Numbered from the stretch's first letter, positions 44,838 through 55,170 are shown. The stretch is 64,000 bases of DNA from Vicinamibacterales bacterium (GCA_036005125.1 DASYQV010000170.1:2407-66406); one strand, 5' to 3'. Notes: a model not told the origin generated them from the letters alone. Program-made: numbers and translations.

Positions 44838-44990
44838 CCACGAAGGACACAGCGCGGCCAACGTCGCAACCAAACATGACACGCGTTGCCTGGTTGGCCG
44901 CGCTGTGTCCCAAGGACGCTGTCACGCGACTGACACCGTGGCTGATCTTCGTGGCTGATCTTCGTGGCCTTCGTGGCGTTCGTTACGAGC
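44838..44990. repeat. REP-like element (CACAGCGCGGCCA family), copy c, with CTTCGTGG tandem tail
   Basis: CCACGAAGGACACAGCGCGGCCAACG-loop(CAACCAAAC)-TTGGCCGCGCTGTG...CGCTGTCACGC, then CTTCGTGGCTGAT x2 and CTTCGTGGC x2. Confidence 0.85.
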
Positions 44991-45008
44991 GTATGGTACA
45001 AGCAGCCG

Positions 45009-45908
45009 ATGGCCATCATCGAGTGCGTCCCGAATGTGAGCGAGGGGCGGCGGCCCGCTGTCGTTGAAGCGCTCGTCTCTGCAATCAGACGCGTGCCGGG
45101 CGTCCGCGTGCTCGATTACTCGTCGGACCCGTCACACAACCGCTCCGTGTTGACGCTGGCCGGTGAAGCGGCCCCACTCAAGGCGTCGATCCTTGCGCTG
45201 TTCGAACAGGCACTGACCGCCATCGATCTGCGGACGCACACCGGAGAGCACCCGCGACTCGGCGCGGTCGACGTGGTGCCGTTCGTGCCGATTGAAGGGG
45301 TAACGATGGCCGACTGCGTGGCGCTTGCCGGCGAGACGGCGAGAGCCGTCGCTGAACGCTTCGGCGTCCCGGTGTACCTGTACGAGGAAGCATCGACGAA
45401 CCCGGCACGCAGGAATCTCGAGGACATACGCCGCGGCGAGTTCGAAGGGCTTGCAGAAAAGATGCGGAAGCCCGAATGGGCGCCGGACTTCGGTCCCCCG
45501 ACACTGCACCCATCGGCCGGCGCGTCGGTCATCGGCGCGCGCATGCCGCTCATTGCCTACAACATCAACCTGGCAACCGATCGTCTGGACGTGGCGAAGA
45601 AGATTGCCTCGGCCATCCGTCAGAGCAGCGGCGGCTTCCGGTTCGTCAAGGCGATGGGCATCGCGCTCGAGGACCGCGGGATCGTGCAGGTGTCGATGAA
45701 CCTGACGAACTTCGAGAAGACGCCGATGTTCCGCGTCTTCGAGGTCGTCAAGCGCGAGGCGGCGCGCTACGGCGTGAACGTCCTGGAGAGCGAAATCGTC
45801 GGGTTGGTGCCGCAGGCCGCGCTCGTCGCCACAGCGGAATACTTTCTGCAACTCGCCGCGTTCAATCCTCACCAGGTGCTCGAAACGAAGCTCCGCACAA
45901 GCGAATAA
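45009..45908 (+). CDS. Glutamate formimidoyltransferase (FtcD N-terminal-domain type, no cyclodeaminase domain)
   Basis: MAIIECVPNVSEGRR...DPSHNRSVLTL...HPRLGAVDVVPFVP. Confidence 0.9.
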   Translation: MAIIECVPNVSEGRRPAVVEALVSAIRRVPGVRVLDYSSDPSHNRSVLTLAGEAAPLKASILALFEQALTAIDLRTHTGEHPRLGAVDVVPFVPIEGVTMADCVALAGETARAVAERFGVPVYLYEEASTNPARRNLEDIRRGEFEGLAEKMRKPEWAPDFGPPTLHPSAGASVIGARMPLIAYNINLATDRLDVAKKIASAIRQSSGGFRFVKAMGIALEDRGIVQVSMNLTNFEKTPMFRVFEVVKREAARYGVNVLESEIVGLVPQAALVATAEYFLQLAAFNPHQVLETKLRTSE

Positions 45909-45996
45909 GCGACACGTGATGAGGCTTGTACCTCATGTGTTGTCTTACCACACGCGCGAACACCCGAAACATCGCCGATTCGTGAACGTCCGTGAC

Positions 45997-46041
45997 GGGG
46001 TCAGAACGGGGTCAGACCGAGGTCAGACCGGGGTCAGACCC
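45997..46041. repeat. Four tandem 11-mers GGGGTCAGACC between convergent genes
   Basis: GGGGTCAGAAC GGGGTCAGACC GAGGTCAGACC GGGGTCAGACC. Each unit contains the near-palindrome GGTCAGACC. Confidence 0.9.
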
Positions 46042-46110
46042 TGATCATGGATCGACTCAAGGCATTGACACGGGTCGACTCAATGAACGGGCAGCTTGGA
46101 AGGTGTACCG

Positions 46111-47493
46111 TCAAACGGCTTCCTCATCGTCCACCCTGCGCGACGGGACGATGCCGAAGCCCCGCATCTTCCGGTACAGGTTGCTGCGCTCGATCCCGAG
46201 CACTTCCGCGGTTCGCGAGATATTGCCCTGCTGCGCGGCGAGCGCGCGCAGGATGTAGTCGCGCTCGAACCGGTCCCGGGCATCGTGAAGCGGGGCCATC
46301 GTCGACGGGCGGACCGCGTCGGACGCAGGCGGCATGCTCTGATCGAGGAAATGCAGGTCGCGCGACGTGATCCGTTCGCCGGGGACCATGATCATCAGCC
46401 GCTCGACCAGATTCCGCAGCTCGCGGACGTTGCCCGGCCACGGGTATTGCTGAAGGGCGATCACCGCGTCCGAGTCGAACACCTTCGGGCGACGGCCGTA
46501 CTCACGCGCCAGCCCGACCATGAAGTGGTCGGCGAGCAGCGCGATGTCCTCCTGGCGGTCGCGCAGCGGCGGCACGAAGATCGGCACCACGTTGAGGCGG
46601 AAGTAGAGATCCTCGCGGAACCGTCCGGCCCGGATCTCCGTCGGCAGGTCCTTGTTGGTGGCCGCCAGCACGCGGGCGTCGATCCGGATGCGCGCGGAGC
46701 CGCCGACAGCTTCCATCACCTGCTCTTGAAGCACGCGCAGCACCTTGGCTTGCGTCTTGAGGCTCATGTCGCCGATCTCGTCGAGAAAAATCGTCCCGCC
46801 GTGGGCGCCTTCGAACTTGCCCCGGCGATCCGCGACGGCGCCCGTGAAGGCGCCCCGGACGTGGCCGAACAGCTCGCTTTCGATCAGCTCCTCGGGAATC
46901 GCGGCGCAGTTCACCTCGACGAACGGACCGGCCCGTCGACGGCTGAGCGCGTGGATGTTTCTCGCAACGAGCTCCTTACCGGTGCCGTTCTCGCCGAAGA
47001 TGAGCACGCGCCCGTTGGTGGGCGCAGCCATGGCCACCTGTTCGCGGAGCTGCTGTATGACGTAGCTGTCGCCGACGAGCGTGTGCTGCACGTCGACGCG
47101 CGCACGCAGGGCTTGATTCTCCGCCTCGAGCCGCCGCTGCCGGAGGGCGTTCCGCACGACCAGCACCGTCTTGTCGAGCGAGAGCGGCTTCTCGACGAAG
47201 TCGAACGCACCCATCTTGATGGCACGCACTGCCGACTCGATGTTTCCGTGCCCGGAGATGATGACGACCTGAGCCTCGATCTGCCGCTCGCGCATGCGGG
47301 CCAGCGTCGCCAGGCCGTCCATGCCCGGCAGCCAGATGTCGAGCACGACCACGTCGTAGGTCTGCCTCGTCAACCGATCGAGGCAGGACTCGCCGCTCTC
47401 GACCGCGTCCACCTCATAACCTTCGTCGCGCAGCACGCCGCCGAGCGCGCTGCGGACACCGGGCTCGTCGTCAACGATTAGGATCGATGGCAT
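46111..47493 (-). CDS. ntrX: Sigma-54-dependent response regulator (NtrC family, NtrX-like)
   Basis: Receiver ILIVDDEPGVR...DIWLPGMDG, AAA+ GENGTGKE, GAFTGA loop (VRGAFTGA), and a C-terminal Fis-type HTH. Confidence 0.9.
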   Translation of the reverse strand: MPSILIVDDEPGVRSALGGVLRDEGYEVDAVESGESCLDRLTRQTYDVVVLDIWLPGMDGLATLARMRERQIEAQVVIISGHGNIESAVRAIKMGAFDFVEKPLSLDKTVLVVRNALRQRRLEAENQALRARVDVQHTLVGDSYVIQQLREQVAMAAPTNGRVLIFGENGTGKELVARNIHALSRRRAGPFVEVNCAAIPEELIESELFGHVRGAFTGAVADRRGKFEGAHGGTIFLDEIGDMSLKTQAKVLRVLQEQVMEAVGGSARIRIDARVLAATNKDLPTEIRAGRFREDLYFRLNVVPIFVPPLRDRQEDIALLADHFMVGLAREYGRRPKVFDSDAVIALQQYPWPGNVRELRNLVERLMIMVPGERITSRDLHFLDQSMPPASDAVRPSTMAPLHDARDRFERDYILRALAAQQGNISRTAEVLGIERSNLYRKMRGFGIVPSRRVDDEEAV

Positions 47494-47507
47494 CTGGTCT
47501 CTGTTGC

Positions 47508-47609
47508 CCGACTCGGGACTCGAGGCTCGGGGCCAGGGGCCTGATTCTCCTGCGCCTCGACGCAGCACAGGAGCAACATGACGCGAGCCCCGAGCGCCAA
47601 GCCCCGAGC
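47508..47609. repeat. GC-rich tandem-heptamer palindrome (CTCGGGG type), locus G1
   Basis: GCCCGACTCGGGACTCGAGGCTCGGGGCC ... GCGAGCCCCGAGCGCCAAGCCCCGAGCC. Fills the ntrY-ntrX spacer. Confidence 0.8.
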
Positions 47610-49895
47610 CTACGCCGGCAATTCAATCGCGAATCGCGTTCCGCGCGGTGTGTTGTCCGATACGTCAATGCTGCCGCCGTGCTCCGCCACGATGCGACGC
47701 ACGATCGCCAGGCCGAGACCGCTTCCACGCCGTTTCGTCGAATAGTACGGGAGGAACAGCTTCTCGCGCTCGGCCGGAGGGATCCCCGGGCCGTCGTCGG
47801 CCACGACGACGCGGACGAGATTGTTGACGCCGTCGTGATGCGCCTCGACATCGATCACGCCGCGCTGGTCCGTCGCTTCGATCGCGTTGTCGACGAGATT
47901 GATGATCACCCGCCGAATCTGCTCCGAATCGACGGAGACCGTCGGCAGCGGCTCCTCGAAGTGCCGCCGGATCTCGACCGCGGTGAAGATGCCGTTGTAG
48001 AGCGCCAGCGCTTCGGTGAGCAGCGCCAGCAGGTCCGTGGGAACGGCCCGGGGCACCGGCATCCGGGCGAACTGAGAGAACTCGTCCACCAGGCCCTTGA
48101 GCGATTCGACCTCGCCCACGATTGTCGAGGTGCACTCGTCGACCAGCTGCCGGGTCTGCTCCGCCGCGCCCCCGAAGTGCCGTCGGAGGCGCTCGGCGCA
48201 GAGCTGAATCGGCGTGAGCGGATTCTTGATCTCGTGCGCCAGCCGCCGGGCGACCTCGCGCCACGCGGCAACTTTCTGCGCCCGGATGAGCGGCGTCACG
48301 TCGTCGAAGACCACGACCATGCCTTCCGAGACGCCATCCTCGCGCTGGAGCGGCGTGGTCATCACGGCGAGGTGCATCTCACGGCCGTCGCGGGCGAGCG
48401 CCAGCTCCTGCGGACGGATCTCGCCGCGGCTGCGCGAGGCCTCGTCGAGCAGGATGGCAAGCGGCTTCAGCTCGGCACGGTTGAGCACGGTCGTCATCGG
48501 CAGACCCGAGGTGCTGGCATCGATACCGAGCATCCGGCCCGCGGCGCTGTTGACAGTGCCAATGCGGCCGGCAGCGTCGACCGACAGCACACCGGTCGCA
48601 ATCCGATCGAGAATCGTCTCCACGTACCGCCGCCGGCTCTCGACGTCGTGATGCTTGCGCTCCAGATCGACCGCCGAGCGCTCCAACCGGCGGCGGCTGG
48701 CGGCCAGCTCGCCCGCCATGCTGTTGAAGGCATCGATGAGCGATCCGAACTCGTCTGTCGTCTCGGGGACGACGCGGTGGTCGAGGTGCCCTGCACCGAT
48801 CTCTCTGGCAGCCGTGGAGAGCATCTGCACCGGTCGCGTAATGCGCTTGGCGAGGTACAAACCCATCCACGTAGCGCTCACGAGAATCATCAGCGTGAGC
48901 GTCAGGAAGAACGACAAGTACACGCCCGCCAGCGGCTGCTTGAGGACCCGCATCTGCTGATAGTCCTCGTACGCGTTCGTCATCTGCCGGGCGCGCGCGG
49001 CGAACTGACCGCTCAACGAATCGCTGGCAACAACGACGCCGCGCACCGGACTCTTCGGAGACGATCGAATTGGAACGGCGGCACGAACCAGCTCGGCGCC
49101 CCCCGCGGCGCGCTCGATGACCCACGACTCCCCTGTCCCTGCCGCAATACGCTCGGCGAGCCGGTCGGCGGACGCTCTGGTATAGCCGATCGAAATCGAC
49201 GGCGAGACCACGTCCACGACGGGCATGACCGCAGGAAGCGAGGTGCGACCGGGTGTCACGCGATACACCTCGACGAGACGCGCACGTTCCTGCAGCACTG
49301 AGGGCGTGACGAGATCGCGTACGGCCTGCAGATTTCCCGAGCCCAGATCGACGGCCGCCAGCGCGTCGGCCAGCTGCCGCGCCTGCGCGGAAACCAGATG
49401 CTGCCGCTCCTGGTAATAATCGCCGGCGATCGCGTTGGCCGTGCTCAGCACTTCGTCCATCGGCGCGTTGAACCATCGGTCCACGCTGGTTCGGATCAGC
49501 TCGCTCCCGACGATCAGGACGAGCACGGCAGGGATGAGCGTCATCCCCAGCAGCACCGCCACGAGCTTGGCGCGGAAACGCGCGAACGGCAGCGCGCGCC
49601 GGCGCTCGACAATCAGCTTGACGATATTGCGCGCCAGCACGAACGCGAGCACGACGAGCATCGTGAGATTCGTGATCGAGAGCGCGTAGAGCACGACCTC
49701 CGTGAGGAAGTCGGGGGCCAGTTTCGCCGAGCGATTGGCGAGCGTCAGCAGGCCGGCGAGCGCCCCGACCAGGACGAGGATGCCCACGAGCAACAGCCGC
49801 GTGTTGTCCTTGAACGGTCGTCTCCCCGAGGGCACAGACCTCCGCCGCCAGGGCGGAGCCGCTGGACGGGGCACGCGGCGCGCGACAGTGGACAT
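47610..49895 (-). CDS. ntrY: Sensor histidine kinase NtrY-like (TM-HAMP-PAS-HisKA-HATPase)
   Basis: N-terminal multi-TM region, HAMP, PAS, H-box LAHEIKNPLTPI, N/G boxes DNAIEA and DDGPGI, GSGLGLAIV. Confidence 0.85.
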   Translation of the reverse strand: MSTVARRVPRPAAPPWRRRSVPSGRRPFKDNTRLLLVGILVLVGALAGLLTLANRSAKLAPDFLTEVVLYALSITNLTMLVVLAFVLARNIVKLIVERRRALPFARFRAKLVAVLLGMTLIPAVLVLIVGSELIRTSVDRWFNAPMDEVLSTANAIAGDYYQERQHLVSAQARQLADALAAVDLGSGNLQAVRDLVTPSVLQERARLVEVYRVTPGRTSLPAVMPVVDVVSPSISIGYTRASADRLAERIAAGTGESWVIERAAGGAELVRAAVPIRSSPKSPVRGVVVASDSLSGQFAARARQMTNAYEDYQQMRVLKQPLAGVYLSFFLTLTLMILVSATWMGLYLAKRITRPVQMLSTAAREIGAGHLDHRVVPETTDEFGSLIDAFNSMAGELAASRRRLERSAVDLERKHHDVESRRRYVETILDRIATGVLSVDAAGRIGTVNSAAGRMLGIDASTSGLPMTTVLNRAELKPLAILLDEASRSRGEIRPQELALARDGREMHLAVMTTPLQREDGVSEGMVVVFDDVTPLIRAQKVAAWREVARRLAHEIKNPLTPIQLCAERLRRHFGGAAEQTRQLVDECTSTIVGEVESLKGLVDEFSQFARMPVPRAVPTDLLALLTEALALYNGIFTAVEIRRHFEEPLPTVSVDSEQIRRVIINLVDNAIEATDQRGVIDVEAHHDGVNNLVRVVVADDGPGIPPAEREKLFLPYYSTKRRGSGLGLAIVRRIVAEHGGSIDVSDNTPRGTRFAIELPA

Positions 49896-49908
49896 AGTAC
49901 GACCGTCT

Positions 49909-50006
49909 GGCTCAGGGCTTAAGGCTCAGGGCTCAAGGCCTGATCCCCTGCACGCTCGCGAGGAGTACGAGAATCGGGCCGTGAGCCCTAAGCCCTGAGC
50001 CTGAGA
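49909..50006. repeat. GC-rich tandem-heptamer palindrome (GGCTCAG type), locus G2
   Basis: GGCTCAG GGCTTAA GGCTCAG GGCTCAA GGCC ... GTGAGCC CTAAGCC CTGAGCC TGAG. Fills the nrdR-ntrY spacer. Confidence 0.85.
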
Positions 50007-50008
50007 CA

Positions 50009-50467
50009 TCAGTCTTTCGTATTCAACAGATCCTTCAACTCGTTCATGAACTCGCCGATGTCGCGGAAGTGACGGTACACGGACGCGAAGCGCACGTAGG
50101 CGACCTTGTCGAGCCGCTTCAGCTCCTCCATGACGACCTGTCCGACCTCGGCGGTCGCCATCTCCTTCTCGGGCCGGTCCTGCAGCATCGCCTCGACACG
50201 ATCCGCCACGGCCTCGACGGCGGCGACGCTGACCGGGCGTTTCTCGCACGCCTTGAGCAGGCCCGCAATAAGCTTCTGCCGCTCGAAGCGTTCACGCGTC
50301 CCGTCCTTCTTGATCACCATGTACGGGATCTCGTCGATCCGCTCGTAACTGGTGAACCGGCGACCGCATTCGAGACACTCGCGGCGACGGCGGATAACCT
50401 CGCCCTCCTTGCTTTCGCGGGAGTCGACGACCTTATCGCCGAGATGACCGCAGAACGGGCACTTCAT
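50009..50467 (-). CDS. nrdR: Transcriptional repressor NrdR
   Basis: [42 protein letters not shown] zinc ribbon plus an ATP-cone. Confidence 0.95.
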   Translation of the reverse strand: MKCPFCGHLGDKVVDSRESKEGEVIRRRRECLECGRRFTSYERIDEIPYMVIKKDGTRERFERQKLIAGLLKACEKRPVSVAAVEAVADRVEAMLQDRPEKEMATAEVGQVVMEELKRLDKVAYVRFASVYRHFRDIGEFMNELKDLLNTKD

Positions 50468-51587
50468 CGGTAACCGTCGTCTCCTCTCGCCGCGCGGCGC
50501 CGGCAAGGCGCCGCAGCCCGGCAAGGCTGAGGCCATCACGGACCATGAAGATCACTCCGGCGATCGTGACCGGCACGAATCCTATCGCCCACAGCACGAT
50601 GGCCGCCCCCACGGCCGCATCGTTGGATGCGCCGAAGAACGTCGTCACCCCGATGCGGTAGGCCTCGTGGAATCCGCCGATCCCGCCCGGCGTCGGCACG
50701 GCGATGCCGATGACGAGCAGCGCCTGCATCAGGAAGCTGCCCGCAAACGGCAGGTCGATGTCGAACGCGATGGTGATGAGCCATGTCTCGAGCGAGATGG
50801 CGATCCAGATGGGAAAGGACCACAGGAGCGCCATGATGACCGCCCGCGGCTCACGCGCGGCCGCGAAACCCTGGCTGAACGTTCGAGCCAGGGCCGAAAG
50901 GCCGTGCGCGACCCGTGGCGGCAGCATGCGTCCGCATCGCAACACGAGCCGGGCGACGCGCTCCGGGTGCGTCGCGAGCGTCCACATGACGCCGAACAGC
51001 ACGGCCGCGGCAAGGGCCGCCAGGGCCGCGGAGATCTCGATCGGACCGAGTAGCGGCGGCGGCACGGTTTGTCGACCGCCAAAGACCCAGACAAATGCCG
51101 CCAGCAGCGTGACGACGGCCACCATGTCGGTCACGCGTTCCATGACGATGGTCGCAAACGTCGAGCTTGTACTGAATCCCTCCTGCCGCGCCAGCAGGTA
51201 CGGCCTCAGCAGTTCCCCGGCGCGTGCGGGCAACACCTGGATTGCGGCAAAGCCAATGACCGTCGCCCTGAAGGCCGTGCGGAATCGAGTTTCGCCGATC
51301 GGCCGAAGGAGGTGCTGCCACCGCACCGTGCGCATGATGAACGTGACAGCAATAATAACCAGCGTCAGCAGGAGCAGATCGATCCGGGCGCGGCGGATGT
51401 GACTCCACACCCCGGCCATGTCCGCGTTCCGCAGGAACCACGCGAGCAGGGCGATCGCCAGAAGCGACAGTAATACCGTCTTCCATCCGAAGGCTTCATT
51501 GAAGCCCGAGCCTTGCCGAGGCCTGATGTCTGAAGCCCCCTGGGGCCTGATGCCTGAGGCCGGAGGCCTCGTGTTCTGTGTGCCCAT
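50433..51587 (-). CDS. Flippase-like / LPG-synthase-TM (UPF0104) family membrane protein
   Basis: [24 protein letters not shown]...[27 protein letters not shown]. The start is uncertain (ATG at 51587 or further down). N-terminal codons overlap GC-rich heptamers at 51480-51560. Confidence 0.7.
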   Translation of the reverse strand: MGTQNTRPPASGIRPQGASDIRPRQGSGFNEAFGWKTVLLSLLAIALLAWFLRNADMAGVWSHIRRARIDLLLLTLVIIAVTFIMRTVRWQHLLRPIGETRFRTAFRATVIGFAAIQVLPARAGELLRPYLLARQEGFSTSSTFATIVMERVTDMVAVVTLLAAFVWVFGGRQTVPPPLLGPIEISAALAALAAAVLFGVMWTLATHPERVARLVLRCGRMLPPRVAHGLSALARTFSQGFAAAREPRAVIMALLWSFPIWIAISLETWLITIAFDIDLPFAGSFLMQALLVIGIAVPTPGGIGGFHEAYRIGVTTFFGASNDAAVGAAIVLWAIGFVPVTIAGVIFMVRDGLSLAGLRRLAGAARREETTVTDEVPVLRSSRR

Positions 51588-51720
51588 CGAGATCGTGGTC
51601 GGGAAGGTCGCACACAATATATCAGGCCTTCGCGGACAAAGGGCCGGAACGCTTGCGTACGGTTGCGGGACGCCGGCCGTGCCGTTAAGATGACGCGTTC
51701 CCCGCAAGGATTCCTCCGAG

Positions 51721-51821
51721 GATTCGCGATTGGCGATTCATGATTCGTGATTTGACCTTGGGGCGACACCAACGTCACGAACCGGAATCACGAATCATGA
51801 GTCACGAATCATGAATCACGA
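51721..51821. repeat. Tandem-heptamer palindrome, GATTCGT type, locus H9
   Basis: Left arm GATTCGCGATTGGCGATTCATGATTCGTGATTTG. 20-nt spacer. Right arm TCACGAACCGGAATCACGAATCATGAGTCACGAATCATGAATCACGA. The next unit supplies the purC ATG. Confidence 0.95.
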
Positions 51822-52724
51822 ATGACCTTGTCCGCCGCTCCCCTGATCGAAACCCGACTCCACGGATTGGCGCCCGATCGCGTGGGGAAGGTGCGCGACA
51901 TCTACGAGCTCGAAGACGCGCTCCTGCTGGTGGCTACGGATCGCATCTCCGCGTTCGACTACGTGCTCGGGTCAGGCATTCCCGACAAGGGGAAGGTGCT
52001 GACGCAGCTCTCCACGTTCTGGTTCGAACAGACGCAGCACATTGTGCGCAATCACCTGATCACCGCCAACGTCCGCGACTATCCCGCGTCGCTTCAGGCC
52101 CACGCGGCGACGCTCGCCGGACGGTCGATGATCGTCCGCCGCACCGAACCCATCCCCGTCGAGTGCGTCGCGCGCGGATATCTCTCCGGCTCCGGCTGGA
52201 AGGAATACGTCACAACCGGCGCGGTCTGCGGCATCCGGCTGCCCGCCGGCCTGCGTGAGTCCGACCGTCTGCCTGAGCCGATCTTCACGCCGGCGACGAA
52301 AGCCACCAGCGGACACGATCTCAACGTCAGCGAGGACGAAGCAGGACGCCTCGTCGGACGCGAGCCCGTCGCGCGCCTCAAGACGCTGACGCTCCAACTC
52401 TATCGGTTCGGCGCGGCGCACGCCGAGGCGCATGGGATCATTCTCGCGGACACGAAGTTCGAGTTCGGCCTGCTGCCTTCCGGCGAACTGATTCTCATCG
52501 ACGAAGTGATGACGCCGGATTCCTCGCGCTACTGGCCGCAGGACTCGTATCGACCCGGCGGACCGCAACCGAGCTTCGACAAACAGTACGTGCGCGACTA
52601 CCTCGAGGCGATCCGCTGGAACAAGCAGCCACCGGTGCCCACGCTTCCGGACGAGGTGGTTTGGCGCACGCGGGAGAAGTATCTGGAAGCGCATCGCCGG
52701 TTGACCGGCCGCGAGCTCGACTGA
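51822..52724 (+). CDS. purC: Phosphoribosylaminoimidazole-succinocarboxamide synthase
   Basis: GKVRDIYE....LLLVATDRISAFD.....IPDKG..L...S.FWF. SAICAR synthetase long form. Confidence 0.95.
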   Translation: MTLSAAPLIETRLHGLAPDRVGKVRDIYELEDALLLVATDRISAFDYVLGSGIPDKGKVLTQLSTFWFEQTQHIVRNHLITANVRDYPASLQAHAATLAGRSMIVRRTEPIPVECVARGYLSGSGWKEYVTTGAVCGIRLPAGLRESDRLPEPIFTPATKATSGHDLNVSEDEAGRLVGREPVARLKTLTLQLYRFGAAHAEAHGIILADTKFEFGLLPSGELILIDEVMTPDSSRYWPQDSYRPGGPQPSFDKQYVRDYLEAIRWNKQPPVPTLPDEVVWRTREKYLEAHRRLTGRELD

Positions 52725-52939
52725 TGGCGATGCGTGACGAGCTCGACCGTCTGGTCGAGGAGATGATCACCAAGGGCATCCGCTACGAGGAGGCCCACCG
52801 CGAGTTCGAGAAACGGTTCATTTCACGTGTGCTGGTCAAGGTGGACGGCAACCTCTGCCGTGCGGCCGATCTGCTCGGCATGCACCGCAACACGCTCAGT
52901 CGCAAGCTTGCCGAGTATCGAATCCGGCGGACCGCTTGA
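52724..52939 (+). CDS. Small Fis-type HTH (HTH_8) DNA-binding protein
   Basis: 71 aa. C-terminal GNLCRAADLLGMHRNTLSRKLAEY. The ATG overlaps the purC TGA (TGATG). Confidence 0.75.
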   Translation: MAMRDELDRLVEEMITKGIRYEEAHREFEKRFISRVLVKVDGNLCRAADLLGMHRNTLSRKLAEYRIRRTA

Positions 52940-52964
52940 CGCGTTTTTTAACCCTCACTACAAT
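52936..52964 (+). promoter_or_regulatory. Sigma-70-type promoter for groES-groEL
   Basis: TTGACG (52936-52941), a 17-nt spacer, TACAAT (52959-52964). Confidence 0.65.
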
Positions 52965-53013
52965 TGGCAGTCGCGCACAGCGAGTGCTAGCACGCTGTGC
53001 ACCAGAGTGCCGA
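52964..53013 (+). promoter_or_regulatory. Two overlapping CIRCE-like (HrcA operator) inverted repeats
   Basis: TTGGCAGTC-N9-GAGTGCTAG (52964-52990) and CTAGCACGC-N9-GAGTGCCGA (52987-53013), compared with the consensus TTAGCACTC-N9-GAGTGCTAA. Confidence 0.75.
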
Positions 53014-53134
53014 TTTCCGTAGGTTCTCACAAACCCCGGGGCCCGGAATTTCCTGACGCGTCCTAGTTGCCGAATGTCTTCAGGGGGTTCCCTGGCGTCC
53101 CATTGCCACGACCAGACAGCTGGAGTCGACCGAG

Positions 53135-55107
<1,973 letters not shown>

Positions 55108-55109
<2 letters not shown>

Positions 55110-55170
55110 GTCAAAGGTCAAAGGTCAAAGGTCAAAAGGCGTCAAAGGTCAAAGGTCAAAGGTCCGTCAA
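55108..55170. repeat. GGTCAAA tandem heptamers, single arm, locus R4
   Basis: AGGTCAAAGGTCAAAGGTCAAAGGTCAAAAGGCGTCAAAGGTCAAAGGTCAAAGGTCC begins inside the groEL TAG stop. No complementary arm. Confidence 0.9.

Noticed and set aside
22399-51821. Apparent polarity of the heptamer palindromes relative to the downstream gene, with the GATTYGT arm always distal and the ACRAATC arm always next to the start codon.
   Set aside because: An inverted repeat reads identically on both strands, so this polarity is automatic and carries no information on transcription direction. Only the choice of GATT-first over ACRAATC-first palindromes is a real asymmetry.
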